A DNA stretch of 64,000 nt, taken from Phoronis australis (lineage: Eukaryota; Animalia; Phoronida). Within the stretch, counting starts at the first letter, position 1. Each line of letters opens with the position of its first letter. The notes below the pieces were generated by a model, which worked only from the letters and a program-made list of their open reading frames with translations, was not told the origin of the DNA and made no database searches. Positions 11,232 through 23,500 of this stretch are shown in pieces. The stretch spans positions 303,297 through 367,296 of the forward strand of contig NMRA01000225.1 of assembly GCA_002633005.1 (NCBI GenBank), given 5' to 3'. Position numbers and translations under genes: made by a program.

Positions 11232-12188
11232 ATGCTAAATGGCACGGATACCCACGACGAAGCTCCGTCCACATGGAATACAGCTTCGTCAGTAACGTTT
11301 GTCCTAATATCATCTGCGACTGTAGCGTGTAACGCGGTCGCTGTACCGATACTAGTGACGATGCCAGAAGGCCTCGATCCAGCCAGAACCCTCCTGCTCT
11401 CCACTCTGGCTATCAACGATGTCCTGTACGGCTCAGTCACATTATGCTTCTCAGTCATGAATCTGATCCATCTACGAAGCGGTTCACAGCCGGATTGTGA
11501 AACCATGTCATTCCTTGCAATAACGCTTGGGTCCATGACGGTTTTGATGATGGGTTTGATCAGTCTAGACAAGTACTTTCAAGCCGTCAGTCCCTTCAAG
11601 CACGAATCCTTGGTAAGCTTGAGTAAGACCGCAATAGTCATCGCCGTCGTATATGCAACAGTTGTATCGTCTTATACTGTCCACTATGTATCGACAGAAT
11701 GGTCACGTAATGAATCCGAACAAGGTTTGGTATGTCGAGACTATTGTGACCGCAGTTTTCATTTCTGTTCAGTTGTTGCCCTTGTCCTAGTCTTGCCAGT
11801 TACTGTCGTGATCTTATTCACCAACGGCGCACTATTCAAGATGGCACGCGCCCACTTCAGACAAATTAGCGCCATGGAGGTGGCAACACAGACCAACTAC
11901 CAAACAAACCCGTACAAGATGATAAAAACTACAGCAGTTATTCTGGGCAGTTTCTGTATAGGATATATACCGGTAGCGATTGTTAAATGTTATTCCGGCG
12001 TGTGTCGTTGGCTCCAGATGGAGTGCCGCGTGTCGCCAGCAGTGGAGTTTGTGACTAGGTGCGCAGCGCTGAGTGCAAGCTTGATGAACTTCTTTGTTTA
12101 TAGTTTTTGGTTGTCGGCATTTCGCAAAGAACTGAGGAAAAAGGCTACCAGACTATGCGCATGGTGTAAAGGTCACGTCACGGAGTAG
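11232..12188 (+). CDS. intronless orphan rhodopsin-class (class A) GPCR, 318 aa
   Basis: Seven hydrophobic segments. N-terminal NGT sequon, TM1 N, TM2 LAIND, TM3 ISLDKY, ICL2 P, ARAHFRQI after TM5, TM6 FCIGYIP, TM7 MNFFVY, helix 8 AFRKEL. Confidence 0.9.
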   Translation: MLNGTDTHDEAPSTWNTASSVTFVLISSATVACNAVAVPILVTMPEGLDPARTLLLSTLAINDVLYGSVTLCFSVMNLIHLRSGSQPDCETMSFLAITLGSMTVLMMGLISLDKYFQAVSPFKHESLVSLSKTAIVIAVVYATVVSSYTVHYVSTEWSRNESEQGLVCRDYCDRSFHFCSVVALVLVLPVTVVILFTNGALFKMARAHFRQISAMEVATQTNYQTNPYKMIKTTAVILGSFCIGYIPVAIVKCYSGVCRWLQMECRVSPAVEFVTRCAALSASLMNFFVYSFWLSAFRKELRKKATRLCAWCKGHVTE

Positions 12189-14528
12189 AAGCGTGTTTTA
12201 GGTACTCCTCAAGTTCCGAGTCAGGTCGGCCAATCAGGCTACAGGTAATGTGGCCGCATATAATAATTTTGTGTATTGAACCACACGCTCATCGGTTGAC
12301 TAAAAATTTCTCAAAATGTCACGTCACAGTCAACAGGGCACGGACGACCATGGACACGAAATCTGAAAGGTGGGCTTAACTCCTAATTATAATAGGCAAT
12401 CCAACAAGAACAAAATATTTTATGACTTGAATGTGATTTCAATGCACTGACAGAACTATCACTACTATGCCCAACTCGTCACATCAATATAAGAAAAATA
12501 CTAACATACCGGCGATTGTGGTTGGATTTCTTTCGTTAAGACCGCTATTAGCTGCCTTTTTATGTGGAACGAATGTTCATAGCTGTCACCCTTGCGTTGT
12601 ATCGAAATAATTATTACCCGATGGGCGGCCTAAGTTATCCTGGTGCAACAGGTCCCATTCAGTATTCAGGAAAATCACACACCAACATTCCTCACTATAA
12701 ATATCCCAACCACCCGAGTATCGGATACAGATTGTGATCGTGTAGGCCTTTCGTCAGGGTGCACTAGCAAACAGCTAATTTGTGCTTATGTCTTACGTTA
12801 AGTGAACGCTGAACCATAACGATAAATCGTCGTGAGAGACCGTCCGGAGTTGGTATACGGTGCAACTCCGGACGGTCTGGGGTCAACAAAAAACCACACT
12901 TCAACTGTGAGTCTACACCGATGTGATAAACGAGAGCATTTCTACTTGCTGCGTCAGCTGCAGGTATGCTTATCTCTTTTATGAGACACAATATGTGACC
13001 AGGCAAATTGTTTTCAGAATAATGTGGATAAATCAGTGGAGTGTGAGACCCCTGAGGTCCCTGTCAAGTCCTCACGACAATTCTTCGTTATGCCTCAAAA
13101 TTAAAGACGCTTGAATAGTAAGTGTAAACAAGTTGATGGTTCACCTTGCAAATCAATGGATATGAAGCTGGAATCCGTTCGTCTCAATCCAAGGTAATCG
13201 ACCCAATCATTTTTTCTGAAGTCTGGATGCGAATGATAAGCCTCTTAAAATTTAAAATATCGAAACTGTGATCACGGAACATGAAACGTATTAATTAAGT
13301 GCAAACTGAGAGTGAAGTTTTCTGAAATGTTTACCCCATCCTTGTTTCCTGGAAAATGTTGTCTATCATAAAATTAAAGGAACAATTAATGGACGCAGGT
13401 GTTGTATTTTTTGCTTAAAAAGTTAATGAATCAGTCAGCTACACATTTATACACCACCAAGTCCATCATAGAAAACCCCTGGGCATACGTGGACATACCA
13501 TATTAAACGTAGCCTAAGTAACTGAGGAAAATAGATAAAAAAAATTACATGCTAAGTTCATACTGAAGTAGAGGTGACGGACAAAACGTTTGAGCTACCA
13601 ATATGGGTGACATTACCAATGAGGGGGTGCAGAGCTTGAAGTCTTGACCTGCTATAAAGTGATAAAGTGAGTGCCAGTGGCGATTTAGAAGGGGGCCATG
13701 CCCCCCCCCCCCTAAAATTCTCCCAGATTCCATNGGTGAGGTATTTTTAGTGGCTCACTTTTTCAAAAAAAGAAAGTCCACTTGAGACCAGCAAAACCGT
13801 GAGGGATTTCTTGTACTCAAGACTAACCAGTTTTGGCCTAGGGGGAGGCAGCGGCCCCACACATCTCACAAGATCAGAACGAATGCTTTTGACCTTATTT
13901 AGAAAATAAGGGAATTTGCTTGACCACTGGGATCATGTACTCATCTTGGTGACATGCTGAGTCTGTGACTTAAAGAGGATGGTTACATGGTGAACATTAA
14001 ATTTATTATAATGACTTCACCTTTCATGGGGTGTCATGGTATTACACAAACTGAAACTACCATGCTAACCAAACGTACTTTTCTATCTTCCTTTAAAAAG
14101 ATTCTATACAAACAACAATTTCAATTTAGGCATAATTAAAAGAAAACCAATTCAGTCAATCTAGAGCAATCGATGAATAAGGCGGATGTCGGTGTTCATT
14201 TTTTCCTGGTCCAAACATCCTAAATCTGTGCAAGAAGAACCAAGTTTGCACAAAATAAATTAAATAACTTGACAATAAAGTTTAGGCCTGTGTTAATGAT
14301 CTTCACAACCCTAATTAGGTCAAATCGAATGCACAAGATTCAAACTGGAATAAATCAATTTAGCAGCGGTGAATGTTACCGCTGAGACAATCAGTGAACA
14401 TCATTAGGCCCATTGTTTTATGACGTGTTTTCAGGAACATTAAGTCACCCAAGTGAAAAAAAAAACAAAAACACAGTGGTTTCCAAAGAAGGTTCTGTAT
14501 GGGATTTTAAGTAAGACATATCCTCCAC

Positions 14529-17500
14529 TCAATCTAGGCCAGCGTGTTCCACTGATTGACCATTACTGGTTGTATTTGACTCCTGACTCTGCTCCGTCTG
14601 ATCTCCTGACCTAGTCATGTGCTCCACAAACTGCAAGAATGCTCCTACCAGACTATTCACGTTACCATGGACTATAGCATGCATGTGACTACTGCCAGGT
14701 GATTGGGCATCAGTGGTAGCAGAGACTGCGCCCTCTTCAGGCTGTGCTGCCTGGCCAGTCAAGGCTTTGGTCAGCTCGCGCAGCTTCAACTTCCTGGAAA
14801 TATTTAAAACAAGCCATCAATTATTTATAAAGTTTTACCTACATCATTAACATATGACAGTGAGTACACAGTGCCTTATTTAATTAATGCAGTCAACACG
14901 AAATGTGCATAATATTGAATCAATCATAAAGTTCTTATTTCTTTTTTTTTAATTGTTAGAATACAATACGTGATCATTTCTCAATTTTATCAAGATTTTC
15001 GTTTAATTCAGTACACCAGATCAACACTGTGTACTCGAGCCTCAGATAACTATGCAAACAGGCAGTTCAGACTTGTAGTGATCATTATGCAATGAGTTAG
15101 TGGACCACCACTCAGTGAAACATAAAGGACAACATCAATTGCAATCAATGCAGATCGATTATTCAATTAAATTAAAGGCTCCACTATAGCCGGAAAGCAA
15201 ACATGAATGAAAGCCATGGAAAGATAATTATGGCCGTTTTCTGATGTAGTAGTGGTGACATGTTGAAAATTGTTGTGTCCTTGGATGGGGTTTTAGTGTG
15301 CACGTGCACTACACCATTTACAGTTTACATTGGTGTGCATATGCACAACACCATTTACAGTTTACTTTTAGTGTGCACATGCACTACACCATTTACACTT
15401 TACTTTTGGTGTGCATAAGCACTACGCCATTTACAGTTTACTTTCAGTGTGCACATGCACTACTCCATTATTTTACAGTTTACAGCAGCAGAAACATAGC
15501 GGCATCTTACTGAAATTCTTTGTGAACACCACACCGTACCCAATCACTGTTGTTATTTCGTCTTCATTACCCAACGATCAGTATTTGAAATTGACTCAAA
15601 GCAGAATTTGCCTGCTCTCACAATGCTTAATAAGATTTGTATCGTACGGGCAATCTAAAATTAAGCAATATAACACAAGCAGAAACCATGCTTATACGAC
15701 ATAATTCAATATCAGAACTCTTGGACTTACTCAGCCAGCCCTACACCTCCGTTGTCAATGACCTGCTGTCTTACAGTTGGAAAAAGTTGACATAACTGGG
15801 CCATGACAGCTTCACTACTGTCTATTGTAATGCGGTCTGAACTAGATTGAGGCTCGTGTTCTGCAAAACAAACGGAGCATGTGCCACGACAAAGATCATA
15901 CAATTACAGTAAAATGTCTGTAATTTAGGAGACAGTATGGTCGACAAGTGAAATTTTATTTTATCACTTTTTCCATGCAATATACGAAGCACAAAATTAA
16001 AAAGATTCTCTATGTCCGAGGTTCGCACCACAGTTACCATAGGACAACTTTTTAAAGTTGTGAGCATTCACATAAATCTTAGAAGCCTTTGAAAAACTAA
16101 AAGGGTAATGTTGGTAAGTTTTTACTATGAACTATGCACAGCACAGTGCAACGTGAGCAAAACTGAGCATACATTCATTGCAAAACACAAACTGGAAAAC
16201 AGCAACCTACACACCTGAGGATGTTTGAATTTGGTGCATCAATGATTGCATCCATCCAGACTCCAGGATTACAGTGTCTAGCCAGGGGTACTGACTGGCA
16301 ACACTGGAGAACACTGAAATGACAACACATTTAAGTACACTTTATACCAGTCACTTATGAGCTAATTGCCACAACATTAAAGACCAATGAATGTGGTAAT
16401 ACCTTCAATTTACCAGAACACTTAGCAGGCACCAACACCAAAAGCAAACATAATAATGATACCCTTTTGTATTGTCACTGTAACAGTGAAGTCAGGTAGA
16501 ACACATCCCAGTTCACCCGACCTGTCAGTCCTTGAACACAACCCAAAGAAACCAAACCTAGTGTCACCTAACTTAGTTGATAATATGACAACACCATGTC
16601 AGTCAATCTGCTGGACCTGCACCTGCATGTCTATCGAGTTCCCCATTTAAAAAGACCCTTACCACCCAGTCTTCGTCCCCATCCAAGTGAAGTCAGTGCT
16701 GAGGCTTGTTCACTTGTGTACTCCAAGTACTTGACAGTCTCCTCCATTAGAAATCCTTCACACAGATCAGACTTGTTCTCACTGTTGGCGTAATATTGAA
16801 CAACACTTCGGAAAAAGGGTCTCAGCTCCTCCTCGCTGCCTGCAGATTGTGAATAAAGTTAACATCAGTGCTCCGGTTCATGAAAGGGACTTCAGACTTA
16901 AGTCAAACATTTAGCTTTATGCTCCATTAAATACTTCTGATTAGTTAAAAGGATACCAAACCCGGTTTTGGCCTATTAACAGATACTAAAACGATTTTCC
17001 CATCCAGGTCTTTGAAACACGACTGTGACCCTTGACAACCCTCAAAATGGAAATTTGAAAACTCCTCTCCAAGTCTGCTTAACGGGCAAGCCTGACCTAT
17101 GTATGCTTTTAGCAAATTACTCGACAGGAACTGTTGGAAATGACCACCCATCAAGGACCATAATGTTACGTAGGGAGTATCAGTTTTTTTTAGTTGATTC
17201 CTGCTTTTAACTTAGAAGCTTGATGCCAATGGTGAGTGATATTAGGTGACAGAATTAAGATTGGTTGAAATGACCAAAATTGGGTGTAGTATCCTTTCAA
17301 CGCTCAATTAAGCATTTCTGTGTTCTGATGTACTAATACAAACTTAGCTAAACTGTTATTTAGTAACTTTGAAGTGGGAATGGAAGACCAAATTTCTGTC
17401 CTAAGTCCTAGAGGCACTTTTCATTAATCTGACTCCTTTAGACAAGTGTTAGTAAGCAAGGACAGAAAATATGTGACAGCATAAAGGTTTTTCCATTATT

Positions 17501-20500
17501 TCTACGTCGTCATATTTATTGAAACACGAGTCTAATGGCAGGATATTCTAATAAGAAGTCGTTCCCAACATCACATGAGCAAGGTTGCTCATATGCTCCA
17601 CGTTTTGCGCATCAGTAAAAGAGCCTTACCCACTGTCATATCGGTAAACGTGTTCATGATAGTTAATCCAGTCAACACAAACACATCCTTGAGATAATTG
17701 TCCACTGTTTCACTGGACAACATCTGAGGTACGTAGCCAATGACGAAAGACAGAAACTGCAGTACACTAGAAGACGTCCGTGAGCTGTGAGCTGCAAACT
17801 GGGTGCTGACAAGTACAAGTTGAGAGGCCATCTGAATCTACAACAAAAGAGCAAGCATAAGTATTGACATCTATAAGTCGTGGCAACTGCCAAGCACTGA
17901 GGATTTTTCACAGAAATGAAAAATTCACGTATTACAAAAATTAAACTTTAACTTTTTAATTTGCATTGCTATCCACAACAATTACGTATGCATCAAATAG
18001 GTTGTTAATGGCATGACTTCCAATGATTTCTATTTCATGGCTAATCATTATAAACCATCTTCAGGCCTTTTGATTTTCCACTCTTTACTAATGGACCAAT
18101 ATTGAGCATCGAAGAAAAAACATATCAGTACAAAGCCTGAATTCGGTCATGTGGGCATAACTTTTTTGTGACATTTAGTAAAAAAGAAATGTATATTGAG
18201 AGCATAACAATGATATCAATAACCTGACCTCTGAGCAAAACACTGTTTAAATTTTCTGAAATAGAATTTCATTTTGTTTTATGCAATGTAATGAATTTTT
18301 TTAGTGGAAACCGTAGAAGTTGTATTTTTAATAGCCCCTAATTTAAAAGTAGAACATTTGAAAAACAATTCCATAAAGCAAAATGTCTGAAAGTTTTATA
18401 CAAATTCAATCAGACACAGTGTACTGACAGAGTAATTCAAGTATGAAGTTACCTATAGTTCATGCTAAAATGAAATTCTTTTTCAAACTAAATATTTCAA
18501 AATTGGAAAATTTAAAAATTTTTGCTAAATGTGCTTTTATAAACAACTGTGTGACTGGCATTAAGTCATAAAAAGATTTTTCAGTCACCGACCATTCTGA
18601 AAAATATTCTTTTACGGGCTGGAATGGGACACTTAAGAAGTTATTCAATGAAACATGAAAGGACTTCCTGAAAGTTGACCTATACCTTAAAACATCACCA
18701 CATTATGAAATATGAGGACAGAAACTTTTGTTGGCCACAGACTGGCCCTGTATATATATTGCTTACTGAGGGCTGATAAGCCAGGACCATTTAAATTTAA
18801 AAGGGCACATTATTGTATACCAAAGAGCTTACTTAAGTTATAACTGAGTGTTAATTAAGAAAACAAATTTTAAATTTCGTCAAATTAAAGATGAAAATCT
18901 ATGTCTCGAGTCCATTTCAAGAAAGAGATCTTAAAGCCGGATTGAGTTTTTGTCTTAAGTTTTGTCTTAATTTTGACTAAGTTACCGGATGTGGAAGTTT
19001 CAAAATTTGAACTTGAAACAAATCTTAGACTTAAGTAAAATATTAACTTAAGTCAGTTTCTTGGAAAGGGCCCATGGTCTGTTCACAGAATGATGACAAG
19101 ATGAAAGACCTAAACCTAATAAAGCATTCGCATGCTCTGCCGCAAGAAAAACATTTCATGTGTAAATGCTCGCAAGACATCAGATCTACCTTCTCATCAT
19201 CCGACGACAGATCTGCCTTCTTACCCTGAGAAGCAAACATTCCAATGGCATGATTTATGTTTGGGCTCTGTTTGACAATGAGATTGGCCAGAATATCAGC
19301 ATTTTCCTGCATTAATTATGTTAACAACCAAACAGCAGATAGAACACGTTGTGAATGCTTGTTGTAACATCTATGATCTGCCTTTTGAAATTCTTTATAA
19401 TTATGAGCTCATCATTTACAGTGACTCTGCTTTGTAATCAGGGTAAATTTACCTCCCTTCTGGCGTCTACTCGCGAGTCTTTTGTTCTCTCCAACATTCG
19501 CAGGTATTCTAACAGACATGGGTAAAACTCACAGTCCACTATCACCTGACAGCACCTGTTGTCTGCCACTAAGAAACTGAGAAGCACCAACAGACAGCCA
19601 GTGACATCTGTAGGCTTTTCATCAACAGCATCCGACTCGTTGTCTTCAAAATCTTTCAGTCTTTTGAAAAAGTCACGGCTGGAATGTGCAAGTTCAGAGT
19701 AGAAACACACGACAACAAGCCTCCATTGCATTATAAGACAGGTGTTAAGTTAATGGAGCTTCCTTGATCACTTCACATTAATAGGTAACTTGAAAGTTTC
19801 TTAAATGGATAAGAAACCCCATTTTGGTGATTTCAATCAATCCTTGTTCTAATGCATCAGTAACTGCACCAATCTTGAAAGATAAAAGTAGAAATCAAAA
19901 CTCATATCCTCTATCCTATAAATTGAACATTGTGGTCCTTGGTGGATAACCTTTTACCACAGTTGCTGTGTAAATTGCTAAAAACATGGGTCACGCGTGC
20001 TCGATTAGCAGCTTTTGAAAGGCGTTTTTAAATTTTCTCCCGAAATTTCTCTCAAACTTTTAGGGTTGTTGAGGGTTACAGAGTATTATTTTGTTTCAGA
20101 GAACTGGACGGGAAAGCTGTTCTTAGGCCAGAACTGGGCTTGATATCTTTTTAAAAGAAAGAACTCACCCAAGACCAAGCAGGAACGGCAACACCGCAAA
20201 CATTCTGTCTTGAAATGATGCCAGGTCCACCAGGCAGCCCACAGACAGCAATATGGCTGACTCAACAACAACGGACTCCTCAAACTAGACACATATATAA
20301 TTTTACATACTGTATAACAATTTATTAATTCTGTACTATGTGTAAGCAGTCATTGAGTCACTTGCCTTATCCACTTATTAGGCAGTATACTCCATTTCTC
20401 ACAATGTTTTGTCATTCCATTGTTATCAACATTTCTTTGTATTTATTAACCATTTACAACTTCTAATTTTATTGGAAGGTCCAGTTGGAAACCCTTCACT

Positions 20501-23500
20501 GACTGTCAGAGTTATAGCTACCATCTCAATATACATTCGTTAAATTCAAAAAATAAATAGAGTAATAATCTGCACCGATATGTAAAATGTTACCTGTACT
20601 CAGACCACAATAGATCAATGTTCTTATTGTAGCAACAGGATTACGTAACCAATGTCACAATAAAATCTCACCAACTTTCGACAAAAAATACCAAAACAGC
20701 CATTTTTCATACATTGTTGTGACTATCTGCATTTTTTCAAAACATGGACTGGTGGCAGCTATGGTACAAACCTTGAACATGTTAAAGCATGCTTTATTGG
20801 TACATATCTTTCATGGGAAAAATCAAAATATAAAATTTCACTTGTCTGCCATGTTGTGCCCTAAAGTAGTGAGATCTTGGCATATTTTTAAGAAGAGAAT
20901 TTTGATAATCTCAAGACAAACAACATTAGCCATAATGTGTAGGATAACTCAGAACTAATGATGGGTAGACAAGCCACCAGTGTGTTGTCTTCAAGCACAG
21001 CATTCACAACCACGTACACGATTTTTGGCTATTATGTCTGCATATGCACGATTATAATGCGAAGGCATTTATTTTGCAAGTGTAGCTATAGGCATGCTTA
21101 TCTGATAAGTTTTGAAGGACAGGTGTGACTATGCAGTTGCTCTACACTGTACGTGTCAAGAGCAATGTAATGTGCTCATGCCACAGCAACCCGTCTTTTA
21201 AAAAAAGAAAGAATGCAAAGTCACAGACTTTTCTGAAAAATAAAACAAAACAAAACAAAAAAGCAAACCTGTTCCGTTGGTCTTGAAGCAACGTATGTCA
21301 CAAAAGACAAGACTTCGTGTACAGCTACAGCTAAAGGGGGAACCACAATATCTGTCACGTCAGTTTTTTCCTGGACCTTTGGCGAATTCAGTACAGCCAT
21401 CAACACGCAGGCAATTATGCTGTAGAGAGATTTCAGAAGGGCAGCGTTTTCATTGAGCTGCAAAAAACGAGCAAGTTTAAGACATAATATGATGGGATAG
21501 CGTTTGGATTTCAAAAAAGTTAATGAACATTATGATAAACTATGTTGAGTTAATAATGTCATTGGCTTACCTCCTGCCTATTAGCAAGATTCAACAAACG
21601 ACACGTCTGCTGACAAGCACTATTGGACAGTAGTATGAAGAAAGATGTGTCAAGTGAGCCGTCTTCAAGTGTCTTCAGAAGAAATGTTTCTGTCAACTCA
21701 AAATGAGCGAGGAGTGCCAAGGCACCTCCAGTCATTTGTAAAACGATCTGTTTGTCTTCATCACCTATATAGACAATGTACAACTTAGACTTATTTTGAA
21801 ATTGGATGAAGGAAAACTAAAGGATGCACAGAGAATCTTGGAAATTGTAAATAGACTTAATGTTGGGAGTTGAGTGTAAAAGAGTTAAAGCTCTGATTAA
21901 TGTGAAACAGTACACAGTTAGACATTTTAAAGATGAAGTCAGACAGTAACATTATACGCTAGAGTCGTTAGCAACTTTCAAAAATGTGCTAAGTTGAACT
22001 GCCTTAAAAATGAACATGCTGTGTTTTGACAAAATGGCTAAAATAGGCCTCCTACCACCCAGGATCAGCCCAAATTAAGAAAGTCTCATTTGCGTAATTT
22101 ATAAAGTATAAAGTTTCCTAAAAAGAGGTTTGTTGGTGTTACCATTGATATTAGAGTGCACAAAGACATTAGATTGCTGAGTTCCAATTGCTTGGTCTTA
22201 CCCGTTTCCTTAGACTGCAGTATATCATGAACAAACGCCTGCAAGAGAATTCCCCACTCCGGCTTGGCTGTACACTCATCAAAAGGCTTCTGAAACATAT
22301 GACTAAAACGTCATGGACATATTTTCATTCATTGCATTTAGTAATGTCATGATAAAGAAATGCTCTTAGAGACGATTTCAATAAATAAATTCTGAGTGAT
22401 TATCTATTATCTGACAGCACCATGATGGCCATCTGGCAACTCCAGCTATGAAGTAAGTTAACTTCTAGTGAGCACCAAAATCCTATTATCTCATGAAGTT
22501 ATACGTACTGAAGCAGGACAATAGAGATCTGTCTCCACTTTAGAACTTGAGCTACAGCAGTTTTGATCGGCAGAGTGGCATTTAGCCACATGTTGTAATT
22601 CATCTCGGATCAAACTTTGGCTATAGGTTTTACTGAAACTTTCTATCTGATAACCTTTGATAACTTACATCGGTTAGTCCATTGGCAGGAGACAACAACT
22701 TCTCCATAAAGGTAGCATGTTTCATCTTTTCATTGGAGGTCTGAAATAGTACACAAACTTCCCAGATGCAACATGCATGACATCTTATGTCTACTTCACT
22801 AAGCTGTACAAAGAAAAGGTACACTTGGCCAATCAGCCAATACAAGAAATGCTTGAAAACATTAAGGCTATTGCCGGCACTGAAGTATACCATTGCAAAA
22901 ATTTCCAACCATGTTGTCAACATGCCCTTTAAACAAGATTCCTTCAGCTTAACCAGTTTTATCCACATTCTTTCAGGCACAGCTTCTACTGTGAGTTAGT
23001 GATGCCAGTAATGAGCTGTTCTGGAAACTTATTCTTTCCAATGAATAGCTCTGAAGATTTAGGTTTTTGTTGACAAAATCGCTCTTGATCAAATTTTGAA
23101 ATTTCGAGAATCCTACAGTCTAATCTGGTTTTGCTCCTCTATTCAGAATTTATGGTTTGCATCAGTTTTCATGTCCTAAAACGGAAACGAAGAGCCTGGA
23201 TGCTTTCAAGACTTTTGTTTAGATATGATCAGATAGAAAACACTTTTTAAAAATATCCTCAATATGTGACTTTAAGTTGGAGAATATTCACTCTATAGAT
23301 GACTAAACCTTTAGTGAGACTGGAATGTGGATAGAACTGGTCTGGCTGACCACTTGACATTAGAGAAATTCAAGACTTCTCCAAATCTATCGTTATTTCA
23401 TTTAAAGGGGATGTCTACAGCATGAACAGCAACACCAGTGATATCTCCATACTATAGCTTCAACGAACAATGCGGCCAGTTGTCAAGAGAGCAAAACCAG

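Noticed and set aside
11201-11572. 123-aa antisense ORF
   Set aside because: Shadow of the GPCR coding strand.
13675-13860. CAGTGGCG-type MITE terminus with a poly-C run
   Set aside because: Only one end is recognisable, it is broken by an N, and there is no TSD.
15291-15483. CRISPR-like array
   Set aside because: Units are contiguous with no unique spacers; eukaryotic minisatellite, no cas genes.
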